DNA of 64,000 bases. Origin: Thermodesulfobacteriota bacterium (lineage in GTDB: Bacteria; Desulfobacterota_D; UBA1144; Nemesobacterales; Nemesobacteraceae). Position 1 is the first letter of the stretch; every line of letters begins with the position of its first letter. The notes beneath the pieces are model-generated. The model saw only the letters and a program-made list of their open reading frames with translations. It searched no databases and was not told the origin of the DNA. The stretch spans positions 1,568,001-1,632,000 of the forward strand of contig OZ241855.1 in the NCBI GenBank assembly GCA_965202785.1, written 5' to 3'. Below, one piece after another: positions 47,306 to 58,436 of this stretch. Position numbers and translations under genes: made by a program.

Positions 47306-49915
47306 TCATTCATCATCTTCTTCATCTTCTTCTTGTTCTTGGCTTCGCCTGAAAAGAGACCTTATCCTGTTGTAGTCGTATTCCTGTGAGCGCTCCGCTT
47401 TCTCTTCCCCGGATTCCACTACCATCACCCTCAATCCCCTGAGCACCTCGTCTTTGGACATGGTTGGCTTGACCTTGAATGAAATTTCCCCCAGAGGAGT
47501 TTTCCTAATTTTTATGCCGGATGGAACCTCAAATTCACTGCGCTCATTGTATTTATCAAGCACGCTGCTCATGAACTCTTTCCAGACCGGAACGGCGGCG
47601 AGAGATCCCGCCTCCTTGTCTCCAAGCGAGGTATTATCGTCCTTTCCGACCCAAACCCCGGCGACGACCATGGGACTGTATCCTATGAACCACGCATCCG
47701 TATAATCATTTGTGGTCCCTGTCTTGCCAGCGACTTCTGCCTTGGAATTAAGCGAATTGGCCATCAATCCCGTCCCCTCCGATATAACCGCTCCCATTAT
47801 GTCCGTCATTATATATGCCGTCTCGGGGCTTATAACCTTTTTAAACTCTTCCGTGTTGCCGAAGTAATGGATGGGAACTTTTCTGATGAAAAACCCGAAT
47901 TCCCTCGCGGTAACGAAGTCTCTTTGATCTTCGGCCAAAAGGCCTAAAAACTGTGACCTGCCCTCGCTGGGCGGCGGCGAAAGACGCTCCTGATACTGCC
48001 ATCCCCCGGACTCTTCGCCCTGTTTAAGACTCTTCTCGTACCGAAGGTACACCTCCCCGGTGTTGTCCTCAATCAGGCTTCCGTTCCTGTCATAGATCCT
48101 GAGTATGAAATTCGGTTTCCTGTATATCCCGGAATTTGCGAAAACAGAATATGCCGTAGTTATTTCCAGCAGAGTCACTTCGGAACTTCCCAAGGCGAGT
48201 GAGGGATAGGGATTGATTCTGGACTGAAAGCCGAAGGGCCTGGAATACCGCGCCACATACCGCGGATCCACGTCCATGATAAGCCTGATCGAAGAAAGGT
48301 TCCTTGAATTGACAAGAGATTCCCTGAAGAAAATCGACCCCATGTATTCCTCGTCGTAGTTCTCCGGAACCCAGTCATCCACGATAATCGGCACGTCAAG
48401 AAGCTTGCTCGTCTGCGTATACCCCTTGTCTATGGCCGCCGAGTAGAGAAAAGGCTTGAACGCCGAACCCGGCTGCCTTTTCGCCTGAATAGCCCGATTG
48501 AACTTCGAGAACCCGAAATCATATCCTCCTACCATTGAGATGATGTTGCCCCTTGCGTCCATGGCGACCAGGGCCCCCTGGGTCTGCGGCTGAAACAGGG
48601 GAACTATATCGGTCACCCCCTCATCGCCTAAAGATACTTTCACCTTTAGAACGTCTCCCGGGTTCAGTCTCTCGGGAAGAAGATAGATGCCGTCGGGAGG
48701 GGGAAGATACCTCTCCGGATCGACTATGTAGTGGAGTTTCCTCTTCTCGTCGCCGACTTCCACCGTGGCGAAAGAAGTTTTCTCGTCTAGGTCCCCCGTG
48801 ACGGTGACAACGGCCCTGTACGTTTTTCCGTCCTGAAAAACAAGTTGGCGCTGCTGTTCTTTGAATTCCTCGATCTTCTCGGTAGTCCTGAGCCTGGCGA
48901 TGGTGAACTTGGTTCTGCCCTGTCTTTTTTCAGTGTTGCGTATTCCCCTTCTGACGGCTCTGTAAGCCACAAGGTTCAGATCCATGTCAAGGGTTGTGTA
49001 AACCTTGTAACCGCCCTTCTCGTAGGCCTTCCTGCCGACTTTCTTTTCAAGATATTCCCTTACGTACTCAATGAAGTAAGGGGCTATGTATTCCCCTCTG
49101 GGTTCCCGCTTCGGAATGATTTTTATCTTGTATGCCAGGGCTCTGCGCTTCTGCCTTTCGGTTATGAACTCCTGGTTGCTCATCATGTTTATCACGGTCT
49201 TCTGCCTTTTAAGCGCGTTTGAGGGATTAACCCTGGGGGAATACTGCTCCGGTCTTCGCGGAATTCCCGCGAGCAGGCACGCCTCGGCTATGTTTATGTC
49301 TTTTGCCGATTTTCCGAAATAATTCCGGCTCGCCATCTCAACTCCGTAGACGCCGTCGGCAAGGTATATGTGGTTTAGGTACAGATAAAGTATTTCATCC
49401 TTGGAGAGATTCTTCTCTATTCTGTATGAGAGAATAGCTTCTTTTATCTTCCTGCTGTATGCCCTTTCGGGACCCAGAATGAGGTTCTTGGTTATCTGCT
49501 GAGTAATGGTGCTTCCGCCGGAGACGATTCTCCCCGTAGTCAGGTTCTGCAAAAGGGCCCTCACGACGCTTTTCGCGTCCACGCCGCTGTGCTGGTAGAA
49601 CCTCCTGTCTTCGACGGCTATGAAGGCGTTTATTACGTGAGGAGGAATATCCTCGAGATTTACAAGCGCCCTTCTCTCAAGCCCGGACTGCGCTATCAGT
49701 TCCCCTTCGGATGAATAGAATTCGTTCAGAATAGCGGGCTGATACCTCGTGAGGTCGCGCAGGTCCGGGAGGTCTTTTGAGAAATAGATATAGACCGCAA
49801 GAATCCCGACCAGGCAGGCAACCGCAAAGACCGTAGGCAAGAAGAAACGGAAGCGGGGAAACTTGCCCGGTTCTTTGCCGGCAAGATTGATTCCTCTGTT
49901 AGAATTCATTTGCAC
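47306..49915 (-). CDS. mrcA: Penicillin-binding protein 1A
   Basis: EDRRFYQH, GGSTITQQ, RKIKE; SAFK, SRN and KTGT transpeptidase motifs. Confidence 0.92.
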   Translation of the reverse strand: MQMNSNRGINLAGKEPGKFPRFRFFLPTVFAVACLVGILAVYIYFSKDLPDLRDLTRYQPAILNEFYSSEGELIAQSGLERRALVNLEDIPPHVINAFIAVEDRRFYQHSGVDAKSVVRALLQNLTTGRIVSGGSTITQQITKNLILGPERAYSRKIKEAILSYRIEKNLSKDEILYLYLNHIYLADGVYGVEMASRNYFGKSAKDINIAEACLLAGIPRRPEQYSPRVNPSNALKRQKTVINMMSNQEFITERQKRRALAYKIKIIPKREPRGEYIAPYFIEYVREYLEKKVGRKAYEKGGYKVYTTLDMDLNLVAYRAVRRGIRNTEKRQGRTKFTIARLRTTEKIEEFKEQQRQLVFQDGKTYRAVVTVTGDLDEKTSFATVEVGDEKRKLHYIVDPERYLPPPDGIYLLPERLNPGDVLKVKVSLGDEGVTDIVPLFQPQTQGALVAMDARGNIISMVGGYDFGFSKFNRAIQAKRQPGSAFKPFLYSAAIDKGYTQTSKLLDVPIIVDDWVPENYDEEYMGSIFFRESLVNSRNLSSIRLIMDVDPRYVARYSRPFGFQSRINPYPSLALGSSEVTLLEITTAYSVFANSGIYRKPNFILRIYDRNGSLIEDNTGEVYLRYEKSLKQGEESGGWQYQERLSPPPSEGRSQFLGLLAEDQRDFVTAREFGFFIRKVPIHYFGNTEEFKKVISPETAYIMTDIMGAVISEGTGLMANSLNSKAEVAGKTGTTNDYTDAWFIGYSPMVVAGVWVGKDDNTSLGDKEAGSLAAVPVWKEFMSSVLDKYNERSEFEVPSGIKIRKTPLGEISFKVKPTMSKDEVLRGLRVMVVESGEEKAERSQEYDYNRIRSLFRRSQEQEEDEEDDE

Positions 49916-50003
49916 TGAAAGTATACGATTCCGTGGAAATCAAGTTGAAAAAAGGTTACCTTAAAAAAGCTTTCTTGGGTTATCTTAATCGCCAATTAGA
50001 CCA

Positions 50004-50216
50004 ATGACACATTTTTCTGAAGATGAAGCGATGGCCGCTCTCAGCGCATACGTAAAAGACGTGACGGACCAGGAAATGAAAGTACTTCTTCTGAAACTCA
50101 AAAACGAGATCAGAAAAGAAGACGTGACTTGGGAGCAGATAAGGGAGATACTGGCCGAGATCAAAAGCAAAGACGGCGGCGCGCTCAAAGACATAGTTCC
50201 TTTTGTTGTGTATTGA
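50004..50216 (+). CDS. Small helical hypothetical protein
   Basis: 70 aa, coding-like composition, upstream of cysK. Confidence 0.6.
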   Translation: MTHFSEDEAMAALSAYVKDVTDQEMKVLLLKLKNEIRKEDVTWEQIREILAEIKSKDGGALKDIVPFVVY

Positions 50217-50250
50217 CCGGGAACGCAGAATCCGCACGAAAAACACGCAA

Positions 50251-51162
50251 ATGGCAAACCTGATTGACTACATAGGCGACACTCCGGTAATAAGGCTAAG
50301 AAGCATGCCGAAAGACGGAGGCTCAAAGATATGGGCGAAGCTTGAGAACCTAAACCCCGCGGGCAGCATAAAGGACAGGGCGTGTATCGCCATGCTCAGG
50401 CAAGCGGAGCGTGAAAACCTGATAGAACCCGGCAAGACAACCGTAATCGAAGCGTCAAGCGGAAATACCGCGATAGGAATAGCCCTCTGCTGCCGGGCAG
50501 GCGGCTATGACTTCACCGTTGTTATGCCCGGGGATACGGCAAAAGAGAAAATCCAGGTAATAAGAGCGTTTAAGGGACAGGCGATTCTTACCGACCCGAG
50601 CCTGGGGCTCAGGGGGTCGAGAGAAAAGGCTCGCGAGATAGAACGCGAAAACCCGGACTCCTATTTCCTTGACCAGTTCAGAAACACAGCGGACATAGAG
50701 ATTCACCGCGAGGAGACCGCGAAAGAAATAAAAAACCAGATACCGGGACATCTCGATGCCTTCGTATGCGGAGTCGGAAGCGGGGGAACGGTAATGGGAG
50801 TGGGAGCCGAACTCAAGAAAATCTATCCCGACCTCGAGGTAGTGGTGGTCGAACCCGTCGAGTGCCCTACTCTTTCCGAGGGAAAGGGAGGTCCTCACGG
50901 CATCTGCGGGATATCGCCCGGGTTCGTTCCCGAGAAACTTGATACCGGCGTGATCGACAGGATCTATCCGGTCTCCACTGAAGACGCCCGCGAGTGCGCC
51001 AAAGCCCTCGCTTCCGAAGAAGGCATACTGGTCGGAATATCTTCGGGAGCCTGCCTCAGCGCGGCCCTCGGGGTCTCGGAAGAACTTCGGGACGGCGGCC
51101 AGGTGCTTGTAACTTTCTGCGACAGCGGAGAAATGTATCTGGGAACCGACCTTTACGATTAA
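50251..51162 (+). CDS. cysK: Cysteine synthase family PLP enzyme
   Basis: KLENLNPAGSIKDR, EASSGNT, GVGSGGT, EEGILVGISSGA, DSGE.Y. Confidence 0.8.
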   Translation: MANLIDYIGDTPVIRLRSMPKDGGSKIWAKLENLNPAGSIKDRACIAMLRQAERENLIEPGKTTVIEASSGNTAIGIALCCRAGGYDFTVVMPGDTAKEKIQVIRAFKGQAILTDPSLGLRGSREKAREIERENPDSYFLDQFRNTADIEIHREETAKEIKNQIPGHLDAFVCGVGSGGTVMGVGAELKKIYPDLEVVVVEPVECPTLSEGKGGPHGICGISPGFVPEKLDTGVIDRIYPVSTEDARECAKALASEEGILVGISSGACLSAALGVSEELRDGGQVLVTFCDSGEMYLGTDLYD

Positions 51163-51255
51163 AAAACCCGTTTGAAATGAAAATTTAACTATGTTATTTT
51201 ATCTTTTGGATATTTTTATCTGCGTGAGAGTTGTGTAAAGACAAAGGAATAACGC

Positions 51256-53106
51256 ATGTCAGCAAACATTTTTAAAAACCTTGTGCTCTGGGTGGCCATA
51301 TTCGTCGGAGTGTTCGCCGTGTACCAGTTCATGAACACCCCGGCGAACGTCTACTCGGAGATATCCTACAGCAAGTTCCTGGAACACCTGGACAACGACA
51401 GGATAGCCAACATAGAGTTCGGCGAGAACATAATAAGGGGGGAGCTTAAAAACGCCGACCCCGCAGACCGCGGATTCACAACCACCGGCCCGGCAGGAGA
51501 ACTCCTTATCGCAAAGCTTGAGCAAAGCGGCGTGGAGTTCAGCTTTTCCCGCCGCAAACAAAGTTCGCTTACACAGATACTGATAAACTGGGGTCCGCTT
51601 TTCATACTGGTCGCCCTGATGGTCTTTTTCATGAGACAGGTGCAGGCCGGGGGCACGAAGGCGATGAGCTTCGGAAAAAACCGCGCGAGGATGCTCGGCG
51701 AAGGCCAGAACAAGATCACCTTTAAGGATGTGGCAGGAGTTGAGGAGGCCAAAGAAGAAGTAAGCGAAATAGTGGAATTCCTAAAAAGTCCGGAGAAATT
51801 CACTCGGCTTGGAGGAAGAATACCAAAGGGTGTTCTGCTGGTCGGTCCCCCGGGAACGGGAAAAACCCTTCTGGCAAAAGCCATAGCAGGAGAAGCGGGA
51901 GTACCGTTTTTCATCATAAGCGGGAGTGACTTCGTGGAGATGTTCGTCGGAGTCGGAGCTTCAAGGGTAAGGGACCTGTTCATACAGGCCAAGAAAAACG
52001 CCCCTTGCATAATATTCGTTGACGAACTTGACGCCGTGGGAAGACACAGGGGAGCGGGACTGGGAGGAGGCCACGACGAAAGGGAGCAGACCCTTAACCA
52101 GCTTCTGGTCGAGATGGACGGCTTTGAAGGAAACGAAGGCATTATAGTCATGGCCGCCACGAACCGCCCGGACGTGCTTGACCCGGCGCTTCTCAGGCCC
52201 GGGAGGTTTGATCGCCAGGTTGTCGTCCCGAGGCCGGATGTCAGGGGAAGAGAAGCCATCCTGGTCGTTCATTCAAAAGACACCCCGATGGCTGATGACG
52301 TTGATCTTTCGGTAATCGCCAGATCCACCCCGGGTTTTTCCGGTGCCGACCTTGAAAATCTCGTTAACGAATCCGTACTTCACGCCGCCCGCAACGACAA
52401 GGAACAGGTCTCCATAGAGGACTTTGAATACGCAAAGGACAAGGTCACGATGGGAGTTGAGAGAAAAAGCATGCTGATAAGCGAAAAAGAGAGGAAAATC
52501 ACCGCTTATCACGAGGCCGGACACGCGCTCGTAGCGAAACTGACTCCCGAGGCCGATCCCATACACAAGGTGACGATCATACCGAGGGGAATGGCTCTTG
52601 GGGTTACTCAGCAGCTCCCCCTTGAAGACAAGTACACCCTTTCGAGGAGTTATCTGATTTCCACCATAAAGGTGCTTCTGGGAGGCAGGGCCGCCGAAGA
52701 AATTGTGTTCTCCGAAAGAACCAGCGGCGCCGCAAACGACCTTGAGAGAGTTACCGACATAGCCAAGAAAATGGTATGCGAATGGGGAATGAGCGAAGTT
52801 GTGGGACCGGTGACTTTCGGCAAAGGGGAACAGCAGCCTTTTCTAGGCAGGGAAATATCGAGAAAAAGCGATTACAGCGAAGATACCGCGGTGCAGATCG
52901 ATCAAGAGACAAAAAAGATTGTGAACGAAAGCTACAGTGAGGTAATGAAGCTCCTCGGAGACAACCTGGATCTTCTGCACGAGCTGTCTTCCCTGCTTCT
53001 TGAAAAAGAAGTTATAGACTCGGCGGAACTTGACGAGCTGGTGTCAAAAACACGTGAGTTCAGGCCGGAAGTGAAAAAGCCGTTCGATATAACCAGCAGG
53101 GTCTGA
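51256..53106 (+). CDS. ftsH: ATP-dependent zinc metalloprotease FtsH
   Basis: Two TM helices, [24 protein letters not shown]. Confidence 0.97.
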   Translation: MSANIFKNLVLWVAIFVGVFAVYQFMNTPANVYSEISYSKFLEHLDNDRIANIEFGENIIRGELKNADPADRGFTTTGPAGELLIAKLEQSGVEFSFSRRKQSSLTQILINWGPLFILVALMVFFMRQVQAGGTKAMSFGKNRARMLGEGQNKITFKDVAGVEEAKEEVSEIVEFLKSPEKFTRLGGRIPKGVLLVGPPGTGKTLLAKAIAGEAGVPFFIISGSDFVEMFVGVGASRVRDLFIQAKKNAPCIIFVDELDAVGRHRGAGLGGGHDEREQTLNQLLVEMDGFEGNEGIIVMAATNRPDVLDPALLRPGRFDRQVVVPRPDVRGREAILVVHSKDTPMADDVDLSVIARSTPGFSGADLENLVNESVLHAARNDKEQVSIEDFEYAKDKVTMGVERKSMLISEKERKITAYHEAGHALVAKLTPEADPIHKVTIIPRGMALGVTQQLPLEDKYTLSRSYLISTIKVLLGGRAAEEIVFSERTSGAANDLERVTDIAKKMVCEWGMSEVVGPVTFGKGEQQPFLGREISRKSDYSEDTAVQIDQETKKIVNESYSEVMKLLGDNLDLLHELSSLLLEKEVIDSAELDELVSKTREFRPEVKKPFDITSRV

Positions 53107-53175
53107 TCCCTACGGCTTTGCCCTGCCCAGCCGCCGTTTTTCCGCTGTCTTTGCAAAACCGGGAGTAAAAGCCGT

Positions 53176-54063
53176 TTGCCAAACTCTTCAGTCCATAAAG
53201 CAAATCAGAACGCACCAGAAAACCATTTGATAAAACTCGGCTCAAAAGAACTGGACCTGAGCCAAAAACCCCTCGTTATGGGAATCGTGAACATGACGCC
53301 TGACTCCTTTTATGACGGCGGAAAGTACAACGATCCCAAAAAGGCTCTCGGGAGAATCGCCTCTTTAATCAAGGACGGGGCCGATATTATTGATATAGGA
53401 GGAGAATCCACAAGGCCGGGCTCTCTCGGCGTGAGCGCAGAAGAGGAGCTTCAGAGGGTTGTGCCGGTAATAGAGGCGGCTTCAGGGGAATTTGACACTG
53501 TAATATCCGTCGACACCACAAAGGCAGTTGTCGCCGAGGAGGCGCTGGGGTGCGGAGCTTCCATGGTAAACGATATAAGCGGACTGAGTTTCGAGCCACA
53601 AGTAGCGCAGAAAGTATCGGAAAAGGAAGCCGCAATCGTGCTTACCCACACAAGTTCGCGACCGCTGGACATGCAGGAAAAGACCCAATACAGCTCGCTT
53701 ATTTCCGATATAACGGACTTTCTTTTGAATTCGGCTCAAACGGCCGTGGAGGCGGGAGTGCCGCGGGATCATATAATAATTGACCCGGGTATCGGGTTCG
53801 GAAAAACCACCCCGCAGAACCTCGAGATCATAAAAAGGCTCGAGGAATTCTGCGAGCTCGGGTTTCCGGTCTGCCTCGGAACCTCGCGAAAATCCTTTAT
53901 AGGAGAAATCCTGGGGAGCCCGCTTGCTGAGCAAAGATTGATAGGATCTGTCTGTTCAGTAATAATATCAATGCTCAAGGGCGTTTCTATCGTAAGAGTT
54001 CATGATGTACTTGAAACAGTGCAGGCGATTCGGACGGTAAAAAGCATATACGGGGTTAACTAG
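53176..54063 (+). CDS. folP: Dihydropteroate synthase
   Basis: N.TPDSFYDGG, DIGGESTRPG, DPGIGFGK, SRKSF, RVHDV. Confidence 0.96.
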   Translation: MPNSSVHKANQNAPENHLIKLGSKELDLSQKPLVMGIVNMTPDSFYDGGKYNDPKKALGRIASLIKDGADIIDIGGESTRPGSLGVSAEEELQRVVPVIEAASGEFDTVISVDTTKAVVAEEALGCGASMVNDISGLSFEPQVAQKVSEKEAAIVLTHTSSRPLDMQEKTQYSSLISDITDFLLNSAQTAVEAGVPRDHIIIDPGIGFGKTTPQNLEIIKRLEEFCELGFPVCLGTSRKSFIGEILGSPLAEQRLIGSVCSVIISMLKGVSIVRVHDVLETVQAIRTVKSIYGVN

Positions 54064-54066
54064 GAA

Positions 54067-54864
54067 ATGACAGGCTCTACCATACAGAACTTTCGATTCT
54101 TTTCCGACAGTCTGGATATCCTGATCGTCGCCATAATATTTTTCTACGTACTGAAGGCCATAGAGGGGACCAGAAGCTCGCAGATCCTGGTCGGACTCGT
54201 GGCGATGGCGGTTCTTTACTTCGCCTCGAGGAAATGGGGTTTTTTCACGCTCAACTGGGTGCTTACCCACTTCCTCGGTTTCGCTATCCTCATAATAATA
54301 ATTCTCTTCCAGGATGATATAAGAAGGGGACTTGCGAACATAGGAAAGAAGCCTCTTCTCTTCAGTTTCGCAAAACACGCCGCAAACGAAACCATGATAC
54401 AAGAGCTCTCAGACGCCTGCTCTTTTCTCTCTTCAAGGAAAATCGGGGCCCTGATAGCAATTGAAAGACAGGAGAGCCTCAGAGTGTTCCCCGGAAGGCC
54501 TATTAACGCCAGCTTATCAAGCGAGATGCTCATAACCATTTTCAACCCCTCATCCCCCCTTCATGACGGAGGAGTGATAATCAAAGACGACGTTATTGTT
54601 TCAGCCGGGTGCTTTTTCCCGATCAGTACGGACCTTGAACTGGGAACGGAACTTGGAACAAGACACAGGGCGGCAATAGAGCTCTCCAAGCAGACTGACG
54701 CCGTCATGGTAATCGTGTCCGAGGAGACGGGAAAAATTTCGCTGGCGGCAGACGGAGAACTTAAAAGAATCGCCAACGATAAATTGCTTAAGCCGAGTCT
54801 GGTCTCAGAACTGACTACCGAGAGCCCAAGCGGCATAAAAATAAGCCAGGCGGGAAAAGCCTGA
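54067..54864 (+). CDS. cdaA: Diadenylate cyclase CdaA
   Basis: Three N-terminal TM helices, PLHDGG and GTRHRAA DAC motifs. Confidence 0.93.
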   Translation: MTGSTIQNFRFFSDSLDILIVAIIFFYVLKAIEGTRSSQILVGLVAMAVLYFASRKWGFFTLNWVLTHFLGFAILIIIILFQDDIRRGLANIGKKPLLFSFAKHAANETMIQELSDACSFLSSRKIGALIAIERQESLRVFPGRPINASLSSEMLITIFNPSSPLHDGGVIIKDDVIVSAGCFFPISTDLELGTELGTRHRAAIELSKQTDAVMVIVSEETGKISLAADGELKRIANDKLLKPSLVSELTTESPSGIKISQAGKA

Positions 54865-55820
54865 TGGAGAAAAAACCTTTTTTCCAAGGTCTTACAAAAA
54901 AAACAATCGCGCTTGCGCTGGCCGTAATTCTCTGGGCGTTTACGAATTTTGAACTCGATGTGGAAAGGGACGTCAGGATTCCGCTTCACCTAAGCGGTCT
55001 GCCCGAGAACCTCATTATCGTGAACAATGCGCCCGAAAACGTTGACCTCTCTCTCAGGGGATCGAGAAACCTGCTCTCTTCATTTGCCTTCTCAAACAAG
55101 TCAATTCCCGTTGAACTGCAGAAAACGGAACGGGGCGTTCTCAAAATAGACCTGAAGCGCGCGGCGTCGAAGGTAGTTCCCAGGGGAATCGATATAGTCG
55201 CCGCGAGACCCTCAAAGCTCTCGCTTAACATAGACAGTCTTGTTACAAGAAGATTCAAGGTGGAACCCGTACTCGGAGAACCGGATTCCGGTTACGAGAT
55301 ATCGAAAAAAATAAAGGTCGTCCCGCAATTCGTAAAGGTAAGAGGACCCGCATTGCAGCTTGCCAAGCTGGAAACCATAGAAACGGCAAAAATAAAGCTT
55401 GAAGGCGAAAAAGCCGAGTTCACGGCGCCGGCGCAGCTGCAGCTGCCCTCCCAGTACATGGAAGTCCTTGAAGGCGACCACGTGAACGTAACGGTTCACA
55501 TAAAAGACATAATACTGACCAAGGAATTTCGGGACGTTGACATAGTTCCCCGCAATTTCGGAGAACTCGAATACAGCACAGCTCCTCCGCTTAAGGCCAC
55601 ACTGGTATTTAACGGTCCCTACAAGACCATTAACGACCTTACAAGCGACGACGTCAAGGTCTTCATAGACGGGGCTGAGATGGGCGAGAGCAGACGGAAA
55701 AGACTCAGGGTAAGGGTTCAGTACCCAAGTTCAGACCTGCTGAAACTTACTAATATATCCCCGGGAAGCATCAGTGTCAGAGTCAAAGCGCCTGTCGCGC
55801 AAGAATCCCCCACGACGTAA
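54864..55820 (+). CDS. cdaR: CdaR/YbbR-domain regulator
   Basis: N-terminal TM (LALAVILW), repeated YbbR-like beta domains; lies between cdaA and glmM. Confidence 0.85.
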   Translation: MEKKPFFQGLTKKTIALALAVILWAFTNFELDVERDVRIPLHLSGLPENLIIVNNAPENVDLSLRGSRNLLSSFAFSNKSIPVELQKTERGVLKIDLKRAASKVVPRGIDIVAARPSKLSLNIDSLVTRRFKVEPVLGEPDSGYEISKKIKVVPQFVKVRGPALQLAKLETIETAKIKLEGEKAEFTAPAQLQLPSQYMEVLEGDHVNVTVHIKDIILTKEFRDVDIVPRNFGELEYSTAPPLKATLVFNGPYKTINDLTSDDVKVFIDGAEMGESRRKRLRVRVQYPSSDLLKLTNISPGSISVRVKAPVAQESPTT

Positions 55821-55823
55821 ATC

Positions 55824-57206
55824 ATGAACAATTCCTTATCTGAATCCCCAGAAAGAAAGATTTTTGGAACCGATGGAATAAGAGGGGTTACCAACACCTA
55901 CCCGATGACCCCCGAGATATCGCTCGCCCTGGGAAAAGCGCTGACGAAATACCTGTCCGGGAAAACGGCCGGCCGGGTGAAAATACTCGTCGGCAAAGAC
56001 ACCCGCCTTTCAGGTTACGTCTTTGAGCAGGCCATAGCTTCAGGCATAACGTCAATGGGGGCCGACGTACTGCTTGTGGGTCCACTGCCGACTCCTGCGA
56101 TAGCCTTTCTTACTTCGAACATGAGAGCCACGGCCGGCGTGGTTATATCCGCGTCACATAATCCCTACACCGATAACGGAATAAAAATATTCGATTCCAC
56201 GGGCTTCAAGCTTCCGGACGCAACGGAGATAGAGATAGAGAACATGGTTCTCGAAGAAAAACAGTTAAGCCCCCCTCCCCTCACGGGAAAGGCAAAAAGA
56301 ATCGAGGACGCGGTCGGACGCTACATAGTATTTCTCAAAAACACTTTCCCCGATGATCTTACGCTTGACGGAGTGAGGATCGTGGTTGACTGCGCCAACG
56401 GAGCGGCGTACAAGGTTGCCCCCATAATTTTTGAGGAACTCGGAGCGAAGGTAATCACGATCGGCACCGAGCCCAACGGAACGAACATAAACGTTAACTG
56501 CGGAAGCCTGCGGCCTGAAATACTTTGTGAAGAAGTGGTGCGAAGCCGCTCCGACATAGGAATAGCGCTCGACGGAGATGCGGACAGGGTTGTTTTCTGC
56601 GATGAAAACGGGAACGAGGTTGACGGAGACCACGTGCTTGCAGTCTGCTCATCGGAAATGCTGGAAACCGGCACCCTTGCAACGGACACCGTGGTCGCTA
56701 CCCAGATGAGCAACATGGCCCTTGAGAACTACCTCGGCGAAAAGGGCCTCAGGCTTGAGAGAACCCGCGTGGGAGACAGGTACGTGGTAGAAGCAATGAG
56801 GAAGCTCGGGGCAAACCTGGGGGGTGAGAAATCAGGCCACCTGCTGTTTCTTGACCACTCCACCACGGGAGACGGGCTGCTGGCCTCGCTTCAGATTCTG
56901 GGCATAATGAAAAGAAAGGGAAAATCGCTTTCTGAGCTTGCCGGGATAATAGATATGTTTCCGCAGGTTCTTAACAGTCTTGAAATCAAAGAGAAAAAAC
57001 CGTTTGAGCAGATCCCGGGACTTGTTGAACTCGTGAAGGAATCTGAGAAGGTCCTTGGAGACAAGGGAAGAATAAACCTCAGATATTCAGGAACCGAACT
57101 GCTGGCAAGAGTAATGGTGGAGGGAGAAGACGAAACCCTGATAAACGGAATTGCTTCCCGGGTATCTTCCGTAATAAGCGAGAACATAGGGGCAGGAAAC
57201 CTTTAA
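55824..57206 (+). CDS. glmM: Phosphoglucosamine mutase
   Basis: FGTDGIRG, GKDTRLSG, ISASHNP, DGDADR, RYSGTE. Confidence 0.96.
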   Translation: MNNSLSESPERKIFGTDGIRGVTNTYPMTPEISLALGKALTKYLSGKTAGRVKILVGKDTRLSGYVFEQAIASGITSMGADVLLVGPLPTPAIAFLTSNMRATAGVVISASHNPYTDNGIKIFDSTGFKLPDATEIEIENMVLEEKQLSPPPLTGKAKRIEDAVGRYIVFLKNTFPDDLTLDGVRIVVDCANGAAYKVAPIIFEELGAKVITIGTEPNGTNINVNCGSLRPEILCEEVVRSRSDIGIALDGDADRVVFCDENGNEVDGDHVLAVCSSEMLETGTLATDTVVATQMSNMALENYLGEKGLRLERTRVGDRYVVEAMRKLGANLGGEKSGHLLFLDHSTTGDGLLASLQILGIMKRKGKSLSELAGIIDMFPQVLNSLEIKEKKPFEQIPGLVELVKESEKVLGDKGRINLRYSGTELLARVMVEGEDETLINGIASRVSSVISENIGAGNL

Positions 57207-57920
57207 ATGAAAACCAGGCTCAATGTAAACGTTGACCATGTGGCAACCCTGAGACAGGCAAGGAGGGGAGACGAACCCGACCCCGTGACCGCCGCCACGC
57301 AGGCTGAACTCGCCGGAGCAAGCGGAATAGTGGTTCATCTACGTGAAGACCGCCGACACATTCAGGAAAGGGACCTTCTTCTGCTGAGACAGACGGTGCG
57401 GACGAAGCTTAACATGGAAATGGCAGTAACAGATGAAATGGTTCGGATTGCGTGCGAGACGCTTCCAGACGTCGTGACCCTTGTTCCGGAAAAAAGGCAG
57501 GAGATAACTACGGAAGGAGGACTTGACGTGTGCGGGGATACGGAGAGAATTGCCGCGGGGATTGAAAAACTGAAGAGTTCCGGGCTGTTTGTAAGCATTT
57601 TCATAGACCCCGACCCCGATCAGATAAGCGCTTCCGCGCAGACCGGCGCTCATATGGTTGAACTCCACACCGGAAGTTACGCAAACGCCCGCGACGAGAC
57701 CGCAATGATGATGGAGCTTGACAAGATCAGAAAATCAACGGAAGACTCCCTCTCCCAACGACTCAGGGTATCCGCCGGCCACGGGCTTAACTACGTTAAC
57801 GTGACCGCGGTTTCAGGAATAGACGGGATTGAGGAACTCAACATCGGCCACAGCATAATTTCACGGGCGGTTTTCTCCGGAATGGAGAAAGCCGTAAGAG
57901 ACATGATCAAACTGCTATAG
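57207..57920 (+). CDS. pdxJ: Pyridoxine 5'-phosphate synthase
   Basis: [40 protein letters not shown]. Confidence 0.97.
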   Translation: MKTRLNVNVDHVATLRQARRGDEPDPVTAATQAELAGASGIVVHLREDRRHIQERDLLLLRQTVRTKLNMEMAVTDEMVRIACETLPDVVTLVPEKRQEITTEGGLDVCGDTERIAAGIEKLKSSGLFVSIFIDPDPDQISASAQTGAHMVELHTGSYANARDETAMMMELDKIRKSTEDSLSQRLRVSAGHGLNYVNVTAVSGIDGIEELNIGHSIISRAVFSGMEKAVRDMIKLL

Positions 57921-57947
57921 CATTTTTCTGCAGCAAGGCAAAAAGAT

Positions 57948-58325
57948 ATGGTTTCAGGCATCGGCATCGACATGGTTCGCAACAGTCGCATAGAGAACCT
58001 TATTGAGAGATGGGGGGAAAAGTTCCTTCGAAAAGTCTTCACCGATGATGAACTCGCGCAGAACGGTGACGGCAAGAACAGGAAAATAAGCTATGCCGCC
58101 AATTACGCGGTCAAGGAAGCCTTTGTGAAGGCGCTCGGGACCGGGTTCAGGCGGGGAATAAAATTTCACAACATAGCGGTCATGCGCAACGAGCTTGGAA
58201 AACCTTTCATAGACCTTCGGGGAAGCACAAAGGAAATCGCCGAACAAAGGGGCCTGACCCGAATTCATACCACCATATCGCATGACGGGGAGTACTCCGT
58301 CGCCGTGGTTATACTTGAGGACTGA
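57948..58325 (+). CDS. acpS: Holo-ACP synthase
   Basis: GIGIDMV, AVKEAFVKALGTG, GKP, ISHD. Confidence 0.93.
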   Translation: MVSGIGIDMVRNSRIENLIERWGEKFLRKVFTDDELAQNGDGKNRKISYAANYAVKEAFVKALGTGFRRGIKFHNIAVMRNELGKPFIDLRGSTKEIAEQRGLTRIHTTISHDGEYSVAVVILED

Positions 58326-58436
58326 CTGCTTAGATTCAGATCTCCGCCCCGCCCTTGCGTATTCAAAAGAGCCGCTCCCGCAACCCGTGCGGGATATCCA
58401 GCCAGCATGTGCTATCTTTAACCCGGTAGACCCAAG

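Noticed and set aside
51366-52259. 297-aa antisense ORF
   Set aside because: Codon-mirror shadow of ftsH; Ser/Pro-rich with no motif.
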